From: an uncultured Alphaproteobacteria bacterium
GTDB lineage: Bacteria; Pseudomonadota; Alphaproteobacteria; Sphingomonadales; Sphingomonadaceae
NCBI GenBank assembly: GCA_963783265.1
Contig: CAWAMU010000017.1
Location: 286-64,285, forward strand
Direction: 5' to 3'
DNA: 64,000 nt
The position numbers and the translations under genes were made by a program. Every line of letters begins with the position of its first letter. Positions within the stretch are counted from its first letter, which is position 1. Positions 11,212 to 22,273 of this stretch are shown piece after piece. Under the pieces are notes generated by a model, which saw only the letters and a list, made by a program, of their open reading frames with translations, made no database searches and was not told the origin of the DNA.

Positions 11212-11910
11212 ATGAGCTGGACTGAAGAACGCATCGGCACCCTCACCAAGATGTGGGAAGGCGGATCGACCGCGAGCGAGATCGCCACCGAACTGGGCGG
11301 CGTGTCGCGCAACGCGGTGATCGGCAAGGCGCACCGCCTTGGCCTGAAGGCGCGTCCCAGCCCGGTTAAAGCGAACGAGAAGAAGAAGGCCGCCAAGAAG
11401 AAGGAGGCCGCAGCCAAGCCCGCCGCGCCCAAGGCAAGGCCGAAGCCCGCACCTGTCCGGAAGGTTGCCGAGGCGCCTGCGCCACAGCCCGCTGAGGAGC
11501 AGGAACCGGAGGCAGCCGATGCATCTTCGACCAGCAACGCCAGCCAACCCATGCCGGACAAGCGTTCCGACCTGCCCAAGATCGTATCCTACGGTCCCGG
11601 CGGATTCTTGCGCCAGGGTCCGGGTGACCAGCAGCCGCCGATCCCGCCTGCTCCGCCGCGTCGTCTCGTCCCGGCCAAGCCCGATCCGTCGATTGCCGAC
11701 AAGACCAGCTTGCTGGACCTGAACGATCGCGTCTGCCGCTGGCCGATGGGCCATCCGGGCGAGGCCGATTTCCACTTCTGCGGCGACAAGGTGAACCCGG
11801 GTTTCCCCTATTGCGTGCAACATTGCGGCCGGGCCTACCAGGCACAGTTGCCCCGTGGCGCGCGCCGTCCCCCGCCGCCCCTGCCCTTCGGCGGACCCAG
11901 AGTGCGCTAG
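11212..11910 (+). CDS. gcrA: GcrA cell cycle regulator
   Basis: MSWTEERI..LW..G.TASEIA..LGGVSRNAVIGKAHRLGL, and C-terminal LLDLNDRVCRWPMGHP..FHFCG..PYC..HC. Confidence 0.92.
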   Translation: MSWTEERIGTLTKMWEGGSTASEIATELGGVSRNAVIGKAHRLGLKARPSPVKANEKKKAAKKKEAAAKPAAPKARPKPAPVRKVAEAPAPQPAEEQEPEAADASSTSNASQPMPDKRSDLPKIVSYGPGGFLRQGPGDQQPPIPPAPPRRLVPAKPDPSIADKTSLLDLNDRVCRWPMGHPGEADFHFCGDKVNPGFPYCVQHCGRAYQAQLPRGARRPPPPLPFGGPRVR

Positions 11911-11943
11911 GGCGTTCGCCAAAGGACCCGTACCAGTTAACGA

Positions 11944-11980
11944 AAGGCCCGCTGTCCATTGCCGGACAGCGGGCCTTTTT
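11944..11980 (+). terminator. Intrinsic terminator after gcrA
   Basis: AAGGCCCGCTGTCC-loop-GGACAGCGGGCCTT followed by a T run. Confidence 0.85.
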
Positions 11981-12049
11981 CTTGAACGGTGTGGCGGTAC
12001 CGCGCATGAACCGGTGCTGCCTGCTGATGCAGCCGCGGCAATCAGACTT

Positions 12050-13468
12050 TCAACCGACGGGAGTGGCAAGAACCTCGGTAACATCCCTCTCGCGGTATAT
12101 CTCGCCATCCAGATCCCCCATCCGTCGCCTCAGCGTCGAACCGAAAATCACGATCAGCACAGTCCCTGCCAGCGCGATTCCGGCGTTCATCAGCCAGAAC
12201 GACCATGCAGGCATGACTTCGTAATAGCGGGCGATCGTGCCGGAACCGATGCCGGTGACGAAGGCGTTGAGATAGACGCAGGCCATCATGGTGGAGTTGA
12301 TCCGTGCCGGTGCGCGGCGTGAAACCAGCGCCAGCAATGTCGGCCAACCCCACATGAAGGCGACCCCCGAGAGAAAGAAAGTGATGATCGGGAAGATGAT
12401 CGACACCTTCCCGCCATCCGCCAGATAGTCGCCCAATGCCAGTGAACCGGCAGCCACCGCCATGATTACCGAACAGATCGCGATCTTGCCCAGATCATCC
12501 GGTTCCTTGCCGCGCCTTGCCTGCCAGCGCCACAGCATGATCAGCAGCGGAACGATCAATACGGATGCCAGCGCGTCTTCCGACGCAAACCAGGGAACGG
12601 GCACCGCGCCCAGCGGCGTATCGAGCGCCACCCTTTCGGCAACAAACAGGAGGCCGACATTCGCCAGTTGGTCATACGTGAAGCCCCAGAACAGCGAGAC
12701 GACCATGACTCCCCCCAGCAGCAGCATCATCTGCCAGTCACGCCCGGTCATCGGCGGTCTCTGATCGGCTTCGCCTGGCTTTGGCCTGATCCGTTCCGCA
12801 GCGAAATGCGGCAGGCCGACGAAATATACTACCGCTGCCAGCAGCATCATCACCCCGGCCAACCCGAAACCGAAATGCCAGCCGTAAATCTGTGCCAGCA
12901 GTCCGCAGAGAAGCGGGCCAAGGATCGCGCCAATGTTGATGCCGGTGCTGAAGATGGTGAACCCGCGCGTGCGCCGCGCTTCGTCATCGCGGGGATAGAG
13001 GTGGCCTACCTGCGCGGCGATGTTGCCCTTCAGACAGCCGGAACCCAGCACAAGCAACAATAGCGCGAGCAGGAAGCTCCAGTCGAATATCATGGCGAAG
13101 TGACCGGCGGTCATCAGCCCGATGCCGATCATCACGGTCTTGCGCGAGCCAAGCCAGCGATCGGCGAGCAAGCCGCCGAACAGCGGGGTGAAGTAGACGA
13201 AGCCGGAATAAAGGCCAAAGGTCTGGCTGGCGAAAGCCTGGGTGGACAGCGGACCGAAAATCGCCTCGACGACGCTGCGGAAACCCTCCATTCCGGCAAC
13301 ATTCTCGATCCTTCCCGGCAGCAGCAGTTCCTGAACCATGTAAAGGATCAGCAGCGCGCGCATCCCGTAAAACGAGAACCGCTCCCAGATCTCGGTAAAA
13401 GCCAGGAACACCAGCCCCTTGGGATGCCCCCACCAGGTCTCGCCTGTCGGCGCCACGTCGGTATCCAT
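12050..13468 (-). CDS. POT/PTR family peptide:H+ symporter (MFS)
   Basis: WGHPKGL..FTEIWERFSFYGMRALL..YFTPLFGGLLADR..GFTIF..GINIGA. Confidence 0.9.
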   Translation of the reverse strand: MDTDVAPTGETWWGHPKGLVFLAFTEIWERFSFYGMRALLILYMVQELLLPGRIENVAGMEGFRSVVEAIFGPLSTQAFASQTFGLYSGFVYFTPLFGGLLADRWLGSRKTVMIGIGLMTAGHFAMIFDWSFLLALLLLVLGSGCLKGNIAAQVGHLYPRDDEARRTRGFTIFSTGINIGAILGPLLCGLLAQIYGWHFGFGLAGVMMLLAAVVYFVGLPHFAAERIRPKPGEADQRPPMTGRDWQMMLLLGGVMVVSLFWGFTYDQLANVGLLFVAERVALDTPLGAVPVPWFASEDALASVLIVPLLIMLWRWQARRGKEPDDLGKIAICSVIMAVAAGSLALGDYLADGGKVSIIFPIITFFLSGVAFMWGWPTLLALVSRRAPARINSTMMACVYLNAFVTGIGSGTIARYYEVMPAWSFWLMNAGIALAGTVLIVIFGSTLRRRMGDLDGEIYRERDVTEVLATPVG

Positions 13469-13691
13469 CCAGAAGTCCCCCCTCTGTTCGCGCGCCCGAG
13501 ACGAGTTTGCTCACAGAGTGGTGCAATGGTCAATGGCGCTGCATCACAGCGAGGTCTGGTCGGCTGGCTTCCCCCGCCCGATCAACCTCGACGACCGCGG
13601 CGGTGGATCTGGTCGAAGAAACGCAAGAGGCCCTAAAGCAGCCTTGCGCAGCCGGACTGTTGGACGCCAGCCCAATCCAACCCGATTCCGC

Positions 13692-14324
13692 TCAAACCTC
13701 GCCGGATTTCCATCCCCACACCAGCAGGCACGGCGGGATGTTCCGCCATACGTAGCCGGTGTCCACCGTGTCGAAGTACTCCTCGGTCAATTCCTTCGCC
13801 GTCGGGCGGAACTGGTAGGTGAGGAAGGCGCCGCCGCCGCGGATCACGCGCTGGGTGGCTTCCACGATGTTGTTCGCCACCGCCTCTGGCAGGGAAGAGA
13901 ACGGCAGGCCGGAAAGGACGAAGTCCGCCTTGTCATGGCCGATCCGGCGGACATATTCCTCCACGTTCTCCGCCGATCCCAGGATCGCATGGAAGCGTTT
14001 GTCGCGCACCGTGCGCTGGAGGTATTCGATGAAGCGGGGATTGGTGTCGATCACCAGCAGCTCTCCGCCCGGCGGCAGGCGATCGAGAATGTGCGGGCAG
14101 AACGTGCCCACGCCCGGACCGTATTCCACGAACAGCTTGCAGCGTTGCCAGTCCACCCTGTCGAGCATGGCATCGATCGTCACGCGCGAGGACGGGATGA
14201 CGGAACCCACCATGCGAGGATTTTCCAGGAAGCCGCGGAAGAACACGCCAATCGGGCCTAGCATTCGGCTGACAGCCGTGCGCCTTGCGCCATTGGTCGA
14301 CAGGACTTGATCGTTTCCATTCAC
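13692..14324 (-). CDS. Class I SAM methyltransferase, phospholipid N-methyltransferase (PmtA)-like; start uncertain
   Basis: FLENPRMVGSVIPSS..VEYGPGVGTF..SGLPFSSLP..FLTYQF..RNIPP. Confidence 0.75.
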   Translation of the reverse strand: MNGNDQVLSTNGARRTAVSRMLGPIGVFFRGFLENPRMVGSVIPSSRVTIDAMLDRVDWQRCKLFVEYGPGVGTFCPHILDRLPPGGELLVIDTNPRFIEYLQRTVRDKRFHAILGSAENVEEYVRRIGHDKADFVLSGLPFSSLPEAVANNIVEATQRVIRGGGAFLTYQFRPTAKELTEEYFDTVDTGYVWRNIPPCLLVWGWKSGEV

Positions 14325-14516
14325 GTGTCTGGCAGCCTTTTCCTTGCGGTAGGTTGATTGCTTTTCAGCAGGGTTACACCCCATGCCGGTCCATCGCGCC
14401 GAATCCAAGGGGAACTGCCCACCTAAGCACAAGCGCGCACTGAAATTATTGAATTATATGATAAAGTTCTGCGACCTGCGCGGCAACCTTCCTCGACGAA
14501 ATAACGCAAAGGCGAA

Positions 14517-15875
14517 TCAGCCCGTGGCCTTGCCCAGGGGAGGCACGTGGCGATCCACCACGAAGGCGGCGGCCGACACCAGCACGGCAGCGGCGGCCAG
14601 CGTGCCGAAGAACGGCCACACGCTTGTCCCCCCTGCATCGAGCAGCGCCCCGCCCAGCCCGGTGGCCGAAACCGCGCCAAGGCGGCTCATGAAAATTCCG
14701 AAACCGATCCCGCCCGAACGGCAACTGGGCGGATAACCGTGCGTCATCATCACATACATGCCCGCGATGGAGGCGCTGAAGGCGAAGCCGGAAAGGCCCA
14801 CCATCCACGTGACATAGGTGCGCCGCGCCTCGTCCAGCTGATCCGGCAACCCCTCGATCGTGAGGCCGATGGCCAGCATCCATACCACCATGATGGCTGA
14901 AAGCGCTGCCATCACCAGCTTCGAGCCAAAGCGGCGCATGATGATGCCGACAAGGATCGATCCCACCATCGAGCTGATGCCCGCCAACGCCACGGCATCG
15001 CCTGCCTGGTCCAGCGTGAAATCCTCCGCGGTCAGGAAGGTCGTACCCCAGCTGAGGATGCCGTAAGCCACCAGCGTGGAGGCAGCAAAGGCGATGCCGA
15101 TGCCAAGGTTCAGTCGCAGGTTGGAACGGTGCAGCACACCGATCTGCGGTCCGCCCTCGCTGTCGGTGTGGTGCCTGTCAGGCGTCAGCGTGACATCGTC
15201 GTCCAGCACCAGCTTAGCGTGCTCTTGCGCCATTTCGCTGCGCCCGCGTGCCAGCAGGAAGGACGGGCTGTCGCGCAGGACAAGGCCGATCACGAACACC
15301 ACCAGCAGCGTGGCCATGCCGAAAATCAGGAATGTGCCTTCCCAGCCATAGGCCGCTTCAAGATCCGGCCCGATCCACCCGACCACGGTACCGCCGATGG
15401 GTGTGCCCACGGCAAGCGTACTGATCGCCACGGGGCGCCAGCGATCCGGCAGCCATTCACCCGCCATCGCCAGCGCATTGGCATAGGCGCCGCCAAAACC
15501 CAGCCCTGCAAACATGCGCCAGAAGGCCATCGCCCACACCCCGTCGGACGTCGCCGCAGCCATTGTGCCCAGCGAGAAAACCAGAGCGGCGATCACCAGC
15601 GTCCAGCGCCGTCCGATAGCATCGCCCAGCCAGCCCCCGCCCCAGCCGCCAAGGCCAAAGCCGATCAACGCCGCCATCATGGCAATACCAAAGGTGGAAC
15701 GGGTAACGTCGAAATCTTCCATTACCTTTGGCGCGACGACGCCCAGCAATTGCAGGTCGATCCCGTCGCACACCAGCACCAGCATGCAGACGGCCACGAT
15801 AGCCCATTGGAAGGGCTTTACCGGTTGCGCGTTCAGCGCCTCGCCAAATGTGGTGGTGACAGGCTTCGTGGCCAT
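14517..15875 (-). CDS. MFS transporter, aromatic acid:H+ symporter-like
   Basis: LVCDGIDLQLLG, GWLGDAIGRR, FAGLGFGGA, EWLPDRWR and YPPSCRSGGIG, with about 12 hydrophobic segments. Confidence 0.8.
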   Translation of the reverse strand: MATKPVTTTFGEALNAQPVKPFQWAIVAVCMLVLVCDGIDLQLLGVVAPKVMEDFDVTRSTFGIAMMAALIGFGLGGWGGGWLGDAIGRRWTLVIAALVFSLGTMAAATSDGVWAMAFWRMFAGLGFGGAYANALAMAGEWLPDRWRPVAISTLAVGTPIGGTVVGWIGPDLEAAYGWEGTFLIFGMATLLVVFVIGLVLRDSPSFLLARGRSEMAQEHAKLVLDDDVTLTPDRHHTDSEGGPQIGVLHRSNLRLNLGIGIAFAASTLVAYGILSWGTTFLTAEDFTLDQAGDAVALAGISSMVGSILVGIIMRRFGSKLVMAALSAIMVVWMLAIGLTIEGLPDQLDEARRTYVTWMVGLSGFAFSASIAGMYVMMTHGYPPSCRSGGIGFGIFMSRLGAVSATGLGGALLDAGGTSVWPFFGTLAAAAVLVSAAAFVVDRHVPPLGKATG

Positions 15876-16019
15876 TTATCTCTCCCTCTTGGCGACGCAC
15901 AATGCCAGCAGGCTGGCAAATGTCACGCACAAAGCAGATCGGCAGGCGGCCCGTCGCGCTTGCAGAGCTTCGCCAGCAATGGCAGCAGGAAAGCCTGCGC
16001 CGTCTTGAGGAGCCTTGCC

Positions 16020-16544
16020 ATGCCCATTTCACTTTATGATGCCACCATCCCCACCATGATCCAGATGCTGGGTGCTGCGCAGGGATGGATAGAAAAGGCC
16101 AAGGCTTCAGAGCTTTCCGAGGAGGAAATCGCGAGCGCCTGCCTGACGCAGGACATGGCCCCCTTTGCCAAGCAGATAGGCTGGATGGTGTCGCACTCGA
16201 TCGGCGCGATCGAGGCGGTGCGCAAGGGCGAGATGAACCCGGACCTTGAAGAACCGGCCACCGAACTGGAGCAGATGCGCCTGAACCTTGGCGCAGCAGA
16301 GAACAAGCTGCGCGCGCTTTCCATCGGAGAGATAGAAAGCTTCATCGGGCAGGAAGTCCACTTCATCTTCAAGCCGCGCGGGGTGGACATTCCCTTCACG
16401 GCGGAAAACTTCCTGCTCAGCTTCTCGCAGCCGAATTTCTTCTTCCACGCCACCACCGCCTACGCCATCCTGCGCCACAAAGGTGTGGATGTCGGAAAAA
16501 TGGACTACCTCGGACAGGTTCGCGCGGCGCACCCAGCGCCCTAG
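16020..16544 (+). CDS. DUF1993 family protein
   Basis: MPISLYDATIP..LTQDMAPFAKQI..FLLSFSQPNFFFHATTAYAILRHKGVDVGKMDYLG. Confidence 0.8.
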   Translation: MPISLYDATIPTMIQMLGAAQGWIEKAKASELSEEEIASACLTQDMAPFAKQIGWMVSHSIGAIEAVRKGEMNPDLEEPATELEQMRLNLGAAENKLRALSIGEIESFIGQEVHFIFKPRGVDIPFTAENFLLSFSQPNFFFHATTAYAILRHKGVDVGKMDYLGQVRAAHPAP

Positions 16545-16558
16545 GAATTGACCCGCCG

Positions 16559-17623
16559 CTATCCCGTCACTTCCAGCACCATGTTGGTGGGCGTTTCATG
16601 CGCGCGGCGAACATTGGCGAACCCCGCCTCTTTCAGCACCTCGGTCAGGCGTTTCTGCCCGGCCTGCGCCCCCAGCCCCAACCCGACATCCTGCGCCAGC
16701 GAGGCCGGTGTGCAGACCATGGTCGAGGCAGCATAGAAAATCTGTCCCATCGGGTTCATGTTCTCGGCCATCGTGTCGCCTGCCATCGGTTCAACCAGCA
16801 TGAATGTGCCGTCGTCCTTCAGCGTTTCGCGGATATGCCGCGCCGCGCCCACGGGGTCGCCCATGTCATGCAGGGCATCGAATATGCAGGCGAAATCGAA
16901 GCCGCCGCCAGGATAGTCCTGCGCGCGCGCCAGTTCGAACGTCACATTGCCCACACCGGCCTCGGCGGCATGGGCACGCGCTTTCTCGATACTGGGTGCA
17001 TGAAAATCGATGCCGACGAAGGTGGACCTGGGATAACGCTGGGCCATCAGCACGGTGGACGAGCCATGGCCGCAGGCGATATCGGCCACCTTGGCGCCTG
17101 CCTCCAGCTTGGCGGAAACGCCGTCCAGCGCCGGGATCCAGTCGTCGACGAGGTGGGCTGCGTAACCGGGACGGAAAAACCGGTCCGTACCGCAAAAGCA
17201 GCATGGCAGGTGATCGTCCCAGGGACGCCCCTTTCCCGAGATGAAGGTCTCGACAGCCTTTTCCTGCGTCGCGAATTGCGAAACGACGACTTCGAAGAAG
17301 CCCTGCATGCACATGGGCTGGCCCTCGCGGCCCAGCAGCAACGCCTGCTCTGGCGCAAGCGTGAAGGTGTCGCTCTCGCTATCGAAATCGACATAACCCG
17401 CAGCCGAAACGGACCCGAGCCATTCGTGCAGGTATTTCGGATTGAGCCCGGTTTTCTCCGCAAGCTGCGCACAGGTAAGCGGACCCTCGCCATCCATTGC
17501 GGCAAAAACCCCGGCCTTGTCGCCCAGATAGGCCATGAACATGCTCATGGCACCGGCAACATCGCCCATGATGGTTCCGGCCAGCTCTTCCACCCTGGCC
17601 ATATCGATCGTTTCTTCGCTCAC
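16559..17623 (-). CDS. SAM-dependent methyltransferase with N-terminal winged helix
   Basis: LAEKTGLNPKYLHEWL, VADIACGHG, DFACIFDALHDMGDP, MLVEP. GTG start after a GGGAGAGG RBS. Confidence 0.8.
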   Translation of the reverse strand: MSEETIDMARVEELAGTIMGDVAGAMSMFMAYLGDKAGVFAAMDGEGPLTCAQLAEKTGLNPKYLHEWLGSVSAAGYVDFDSESDTFTLAPEQALLLGREGQPMCMQGFFEVVVSQFATQEKAVETFISGKGRPWDDHLPCCFCGTDRFFRPGYAAHLVDDWIPALDGVSAKLEAGAKVADIACGHGSSTVLMAQRYPRSTFVGIDFHAPSIEKARAHAAEAGVGNVTFELARAQDYPGGGFDFACIFDALHDMGDPVGAARHIRETLKDDGTFMLVEPMAGDTMAENMNPMGQIFYAASTMVCTPASLAQDVGLGLGAQAGQKRLTEVLKEAGFANVRRAHETPTNMVLEVTG

Positions 17624-17700
17624 ATTCCCTCTCCCAAAAACGTGCGCGACCCTGATCTTGGCGTCATAGCACATCCAGGCGGTAAAGGGAGAACGGAACG

Positions 17701-18384
17701 CTATCGCTGGCGGCGGGCGAACCAGATGTGGTGCTGCGGGCCCTTGTTGTTCGGGCGGGCGCGCACCCGGCGCACCTCCACATCGAGGCCTGCATCCTTC
17801 AGTCGTCCGGTGAACTTGTGATCGGGCGCGGCGGACCACACGGCCAGCACCCCGCCCACGTTCAGCGCATCGCGCATCCGGGCGATCCCGGTGCGGGTGT
17901 AGAGCCGCTCGTTCCCTTCGCGCACGATACCATCGGGGCCGTTGTCCACATCCAGCAGAATCGCGTCGTATTTCGGCGTGGTGCCGTCCACGGCATCGTC
18001 GATCAATGCCGCCACGTCTGCCAGCACCACTTCGCCGCGCGGATCGTCGAGGCAATCGCCGGTAAGCTCGGCCAGCGGACCCTTCGCCCAATCGAGGATT
18101 TCCGGCACCACTTCGGCGACAACAACTTCACCCTTCTCAGGCATCGCGGCCAGTGCGGCGCGAAAGGTGAACCCCATGCCATAGCCACCGATCAGAATGC
18201 GGGGGTTCGGCATCTCCAGCCGCTCCAGCGTCAACTGCGCCAGCTGTTCCTCGCTGAACTGCATGCGCGTGCCCATCAGCTCGTCCCGGCCCAGCATGAT
18301 GATGAAATCGCGGCCGTGGCTGACCAGTGTCAACGTGTCGCCATCGGGGATCCTGGCGGTGGCGATTTCCTCGCGTGGCAGCAT
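17701..18384 (-). CDS. Spermidine-synthase-like methyltransferase-fold protein
   Basis: RILIGGYGMGFT..VVVAEVVPEILDW..YDAILLDVDNGPDG..GGVLAVWS. Confidence 0.7.
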   Translation of the reverse strand: MLPREEIATARIPDGDTLTLVSHGRDFIIMLGRDELMGTRMQFSEEQLAQLTLERLEMPNPRILIGGYGMGFTFRAALAAMPEKGEVVVAEVVPEILDWAKGPLAELTGDCLDDPRGEVVLADVAALIDDAVDGTTPKYDAILLDVDNGPDGIVREGNERLYTRTGIARMRDALNVGGVLAVWSAAPDHKFTGRLKDAGLDVEVRRVRARPNNKGPQHHIWFARRQR

Positions 18385-18403
18385 TGTCTGTTCTCCAAAT
18401 GGA

Positions 18404-18429
18404 AAGGGCCGCGATTGCTCGCGGCCCTT
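18404..18429 (-). terminator. Terminator-like hairpin after pnp
   Basis: AAGGGCCGCGA-TTGC-TCGCGGCCCTT perfect stem. Confidence 0.65.
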
Positions 18430-18452
18430 CCGTTGTAGTATATCGGACTGGC

Positions 18453-20789
18453 TTAGTCGTCCTTGAGGAAGGCCGGCATGTGATCGGCGTTGCCGCCGTC
18501 ATTGTTGCCGCCGCCGTCACGGTTGCCACCGCGACCGCCGCCACGACCACCACGGTCGCCGCCACGGCCACCGCCGCCGCCGTCACGACCGCCTCTGGGG
18601 CCACGACGATCGCCGCCGCCACCGCTACGCGGTCCGCGGTCGCCACCTTCGCGCTTCTCACGCGGAGGACGGGTATCCTCCAGCTCTTCGCCGGTTTCCT
18701 GGTCAACAACACGCATCGACAGGCGAACCTTGCCACGGCTGTCGATCTCGAGAACCTTGACCTTGACCTCCTGCCCTTCGGACACGACGTCGGTCGGCTT
18801 CTCGACACGCTCGTTCTTCATTTCGGACACGTGGACGAGACCGTCCTTGCCGCCCATGAAGTTCACGAAAGCACCGAAGTCGACGATGTTGACGACCTTG
18901 CCGTCGTAGACCTTGCCGACTTCAGCTTCTTCGGTGATGCCTTCGATCCACTTGCGGGCAGCGGCGATTTCATCGGCGTTCGAAGAGCTGATCTTGATCA
19001 CGCCCTCGTCGTCGATATCCACCTTGGCGCCGGTTTCTGCCACGATTTCGCGGATGACCTTGCCGCCCGTGCCGATAACGTCGCGGATCTTCGACTTGTC
19101 GATCTGCATCGTCTCGATACGCGGGGCATGCTTGGAAACTTCACCGCGAGCACCCGAAAGCGCATCGTTCATCTTGCCGAGGATGTGCGCCCGGCCGGCC
19201 TTGGCCTGCTCCAGCGCGCTCTGCATGATTTCCTTGGTGATGCCGGCGACCTTGATGTCCATCTGGAGCGAGGTGATACCCGCTTCGGAACCGGCCACCT
19301 TGAAGTCCATGTCACCCAGGTGATCTTCGTCACCCAGGATGTCTGACAGAACGGCGAAATTTTCACCGTCGAGGATCAGGCCCATGGCGATGCCGGAAAC
19401 CGGGCGTTCGATCGGAACACCGGCGTCCATCATGGCCAGACAGCCACCGCACACGGTCGCCATCGAGGACGAGCCGTTGGACTCGGTGATGTCGGACAGG
19501 ATGCGGATCGTGTAGGGGAAATCCTCATGGCTGGGCAGCACGGGGTGCAGCGCACGCCATGCCAGCTTGCCATGGCCCGTCTCGCGGCGGCTGGTGAAGC
19601 CGAAACGGCCCACTTCGCCAACCGAATAGGGCGGGAAGTTATAGTGCAGCATGAAGTTGCTGTACGACAGGCCTTCCAGTCCATCGATCATCTGCTCGGC
19701 ATCCTTGGTGCCCAGCGTGGTGGTGCAGATTGCCTGCGTTTCACCGCGCGTGAACAGCGCCGAACCGTGGGTACGGGGCAGCAGGCCGACCATCGCCTCG
19801 ATCGGGCGAACCTCGTCGAGCTTGCGGCCATCGATGCGCGTGCCATCCTTGATGATGGAGCCGCGAACGATGTCGCTTTCCAGCTTCTTCACCAGCTTCA
19901 GGCGGCCCATGTATTCGGCGGGATCGCTTTCCTGAAGGTTGGCGTAATGCTCGCGCGCCTTGGCGCGGGCGGCATTCACCGCGTCCTGACGCTCGGCCTT
20001 GTTGGTGATCTTGTAGGCAGCAGCCAGATCGTCGCCGATGACGCCGCGCAGTTCCTCGATCTTGGCGGACTTGTCTTCCACCTTGTCGAGTTCCCAGGGA
20101 TCCTTGGCAGCCTGTTCGGCCAGATCGATGATGGCACCGATAACCTTGCGGCTTTCGTCATGCGCGAACATGACAGCGCCGAGCATTTCCTCTTCGGTCA
20201 GCTCCTTGGCTTCGGATTCCACCATCATCACAGCGTTGTTGGTGGCGGCCACGACCAGGTCGAGACGACCTTCGTCGAAGATGTCGGAAACGCTGGGGTT
20301 CAGCACGTATTCGCCATCGACGAAGCCGACGCGCGCGGCACCGATCGGGCCCATGAAGGGCAGACCGGAAATGGTCAGCGCAGCAGATGCGGCGATCATC
20401 GCAACGATATCGGGCTCGGTCTCGCCATCATAGGAGAGGACCTGGCAGATCACGTTGATCTCGTTGTAGAAACCTTCCGGGAAGAGCGGGCGCACGGGGC
20501 GATCGATCAGGCGGGAAGTAAGCGTTTCCTTCTCCGTCGCGCGGCCTTCGCGCTTGAAGAAGCCGCCGGGGATACGGCCCGCAGCGGAGAATTTTTCCTG
20601 GTAGTGAACGGTAAGGGGGAAGAAGTCCTGCCCTTCCTTCACGCTCCTGGCGGCGGTCACGGCGCACAGCACCACGGTCTCGCCATAGGTGGCCAGAACG
20701 GCGCCGTCGGCTTGACGGGCAATACGGCCGGTTTCCAGAGTGAGGGTTTTCCCGCCCCACTCCAGCGATACAGTTTTCGTGTCGAACAT
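18453..20789 (-). CDS. pnp: Polyribonucleotide nucleotidyltransferase
   Basis: [58 protein letters not shown], plus KH and S1 domains. Confidence 0.98.
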   Translation of the reverse strand: MFDTKTVSLEWGGKTLTLETGRIARQADGAVLATYGETVVLCAVTAARSVKEGQDFFPLTVHYQEKFSAAGRIPGGFFKREGRATEKETLTSRLIDRPVRPLFPEGFYNEINVICQVLSYDGETEPDIVAMIAASAALTISGLPFMGPIGAARVGFVDGEYVLNPSVSDIFDEGRLDLVVAATNNAVMMVESEAKELTEEEMLGAVMFAHDESRKVIGAIIDLAEQAAKDPWELDKVEDKSAKIEELRGVIGDDLAAAYKITNKAERQDAVNAARAKAREHYANLQESDPAEYMGRLKLVKKLESDIVRGSIIKDGTRIDGRKLDEVRPIEAMVGLLPRTHGSALFTRGETQAICTTTLGTKDAEQMIDGLEGLSYSNFMLHYNFPPYSVGEVGRFGFTSRRETGHGKLAWRALHPVLPSHEDFPYTIRILSDITESNGSSSMATVCGGCLAMMDAGVPIERPVSGIAMGLILDGENFAVLSDILGDEDHLGDMDFKVAGSEAGITSLQMDIKVAGITKEIMQSALEQAKAGRAHILGKMNDALSGARGEVSKHAPRIETMQIDKSKIRDVIGTGGKVIREIVAETGAKVDIDDEGVIKISSSNADEIAAARKWIEGITEEAEVGKVYDGKVVNIVDFGAFVNFMGGKDGLVHVSEMKNERVEKPTDVVSEGQEVKVKVLEIDSRGKVRLSMRVVDQETGEELEDTRPPREKREGGDRGPRSGGGGDRRGPRGGRDGGGGGRGGDRGGRGGGRGGNRDGGGNNDGGNADHMPAFLKDD

Positions 20790-20995
20790 TTGAATTCCTT
20801 CTGAACCCATGCGCCATATTGCGTCACGGGGCCTACTTGTTCCGGGTAATCCGTCCCGGTCCGGTGTGAGGCCTGTTGCGGCCCCGAGGCCCCTTCACCG
20901 AATTGCGAAGGATGCCGTTTGGCTCTGCCAGCCGAATATGACGGCTTGCAGAAAGACGAAGGGGCAGCCCTTTGAGCCGCCCCTTCGAAAAACTC

Positions 20996-21265
20996 TTATT
21001 TACGCAGACCGAGCTTCTTGATCAGGTTGTTGTAGCGATCAAGGTCCGTCTTCTTCAGATAGGCCAGCAAGCTGCGACGCTTGTTGACCATCTTGAGCAA
21101 GCCACGACGGGAATGGTTATCCTTGTGGTTGTTCTTGAAGTGGTCGGTCAGGTTGCGGATACGTTCTGTCAGGATCGCGACCTGGACTTCCGGGGAACCG
21201 GTGTCGCCCTTGTTCTGGGCATTGTCGGCGATAACTTCCTGCTTGCGTTCTGCGGTAATCGTCAT
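20996..21265 (-). CDS. rpsO: 30S ribosomal protein S15
   Basis: [34 protein letters not shown]. Confidence 0.98.
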   Translation of the reverse strand: MTITAERKQEVIADNAQNKGDTGSPEVQVAILTERIRNLTDHFKNNHKDNHSRRGLLKMVNKRRSLLAYLKKTDLDRYNNLIKKLGLRK

Positions 21266-21289
21266 TCGTTTCAACCTTTCGCAGTATCC

Positions 21290-22273
21290 TTAGATATTGA
21301 AACCCCGCACGACCTTCATCGCGCCCCCGTCGAGTTCCACCAATGCCACCGGAACATCGTCCAGCCTCGCAAAGTATAGCCCGTCGGGATGGGGCAACCC
21401 GGAAACGACCCGGCCCTGTCGGGCCGCCTGCGCACTATCCGGATCGAGAGCGAGGGCCGGGATACCGTCCAGCCCCGCCTCCAGTGGCAGGAGGTGGTCT
21501 TGAAGTGGCGCGCCCTTACCGATTTCGTTCAGTTTGTCCAGCGAAATCGCCTGGATTTCGCTGAATGGCCCGGCCTTCGTACGCCTTAGATAGGTAACGT
21601 GGCCCAGCGTTCCAAGGGCATGGGCGATATCGCGCGCCAGGCTGCGGATATAGGTGCCCTTGCTGACATGCGCGACCAGCGTGGCGCTGTCGGCCAGTTC
21701 CAGCGGGGCCTGCGGATCGTAGGGGTCGGGGCGGCCAAGGGTGGTGGCAAAGGCCGATTGCAATCGGTCGTCCGCGCCGCCACGGCCAATCGGTTCCAGC
21801 GAATGGATTGTGACAGCCCTCGTCTTCATCTCCACTTCTTCACCAGCGCGGGCCAGATCATAGGCCCGCTTGCCGTCTATCTTGAGCGCCGAGTATTTGG
21901 GCGGCACCTGCTCGATTTCTCCCGTGAAATGCTCGCAGATGGCTGCGATGGCCGCGCGCGGCGGACGGCGATCGGTGGTTGCGGTCACCTCACCCTCGCT
22001 ATCCAGCGTGTCGGTTTCCTCGCCGAACTGGATGGTGAATTCGTAGATCTTGTCGCTATCCAGCAAGCGGCCCGAAAGCTTGGTCGCCTCTCCCAATGCG
22101 ATGGGCAGCACGCCTTCGGCGAGCGGGTCCAGCGTACCGCCGTGGCCAACCTTCACCTTGGGATAACCGCCCTCGCGCAAATTGCGCTTCATGGCGCCGA
22201 CGGCCTGCGTCGAGCCGAGTCCCACGGGCTTGTCGAGGATCAGCCAGCCATGCGGGGCAGGTTTGTCAGACAC
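21290..22273 (-). CDS. truB: tRNA pseudouridine(55) synthase
   Basis: GWLILDKP, KVGHGGTLDPLAEG, QVPPKYSALK, SKGTYIRSLARD. Confidence 0.95.
   Translation of the reverse strand: MSDKPAPHGWLILDKPVGLGSTQAVGAMKRNLREGGYPKVKVGHGGTLDPLAEGVLPIALGEATKLSGRLLDSDKIYEFTIQFGEETDTLDSEGEVTATTDRRPPRAAIAAICEHFTGEIEQVPPKYSALKIDGKRAYDLARAGEEVEMKTRAVTIHSLEPIGRGGADDRLQSAFATTLGRPDPYDPQAPLELADSATLVAHVSKGTYIRSLARDIAHALGTLGHVTYLRRTKAGPFSEIQAISLDKLNEIGKGAPLQDHLLPLEAGLDGIPALALDPDSAQAARQGRVVSGLPHPDGLYFARLDDVPVALVELDGGAMKVVRGFNI

Noticed and set aside
15914-15929. TGGCAAATGTCACGCA upstream of the DUF1993 gene as a sigma-54 promoter
   Set aside because: The spacing fits, but both boxes deviate from consensus and the shared upstream box is absent.
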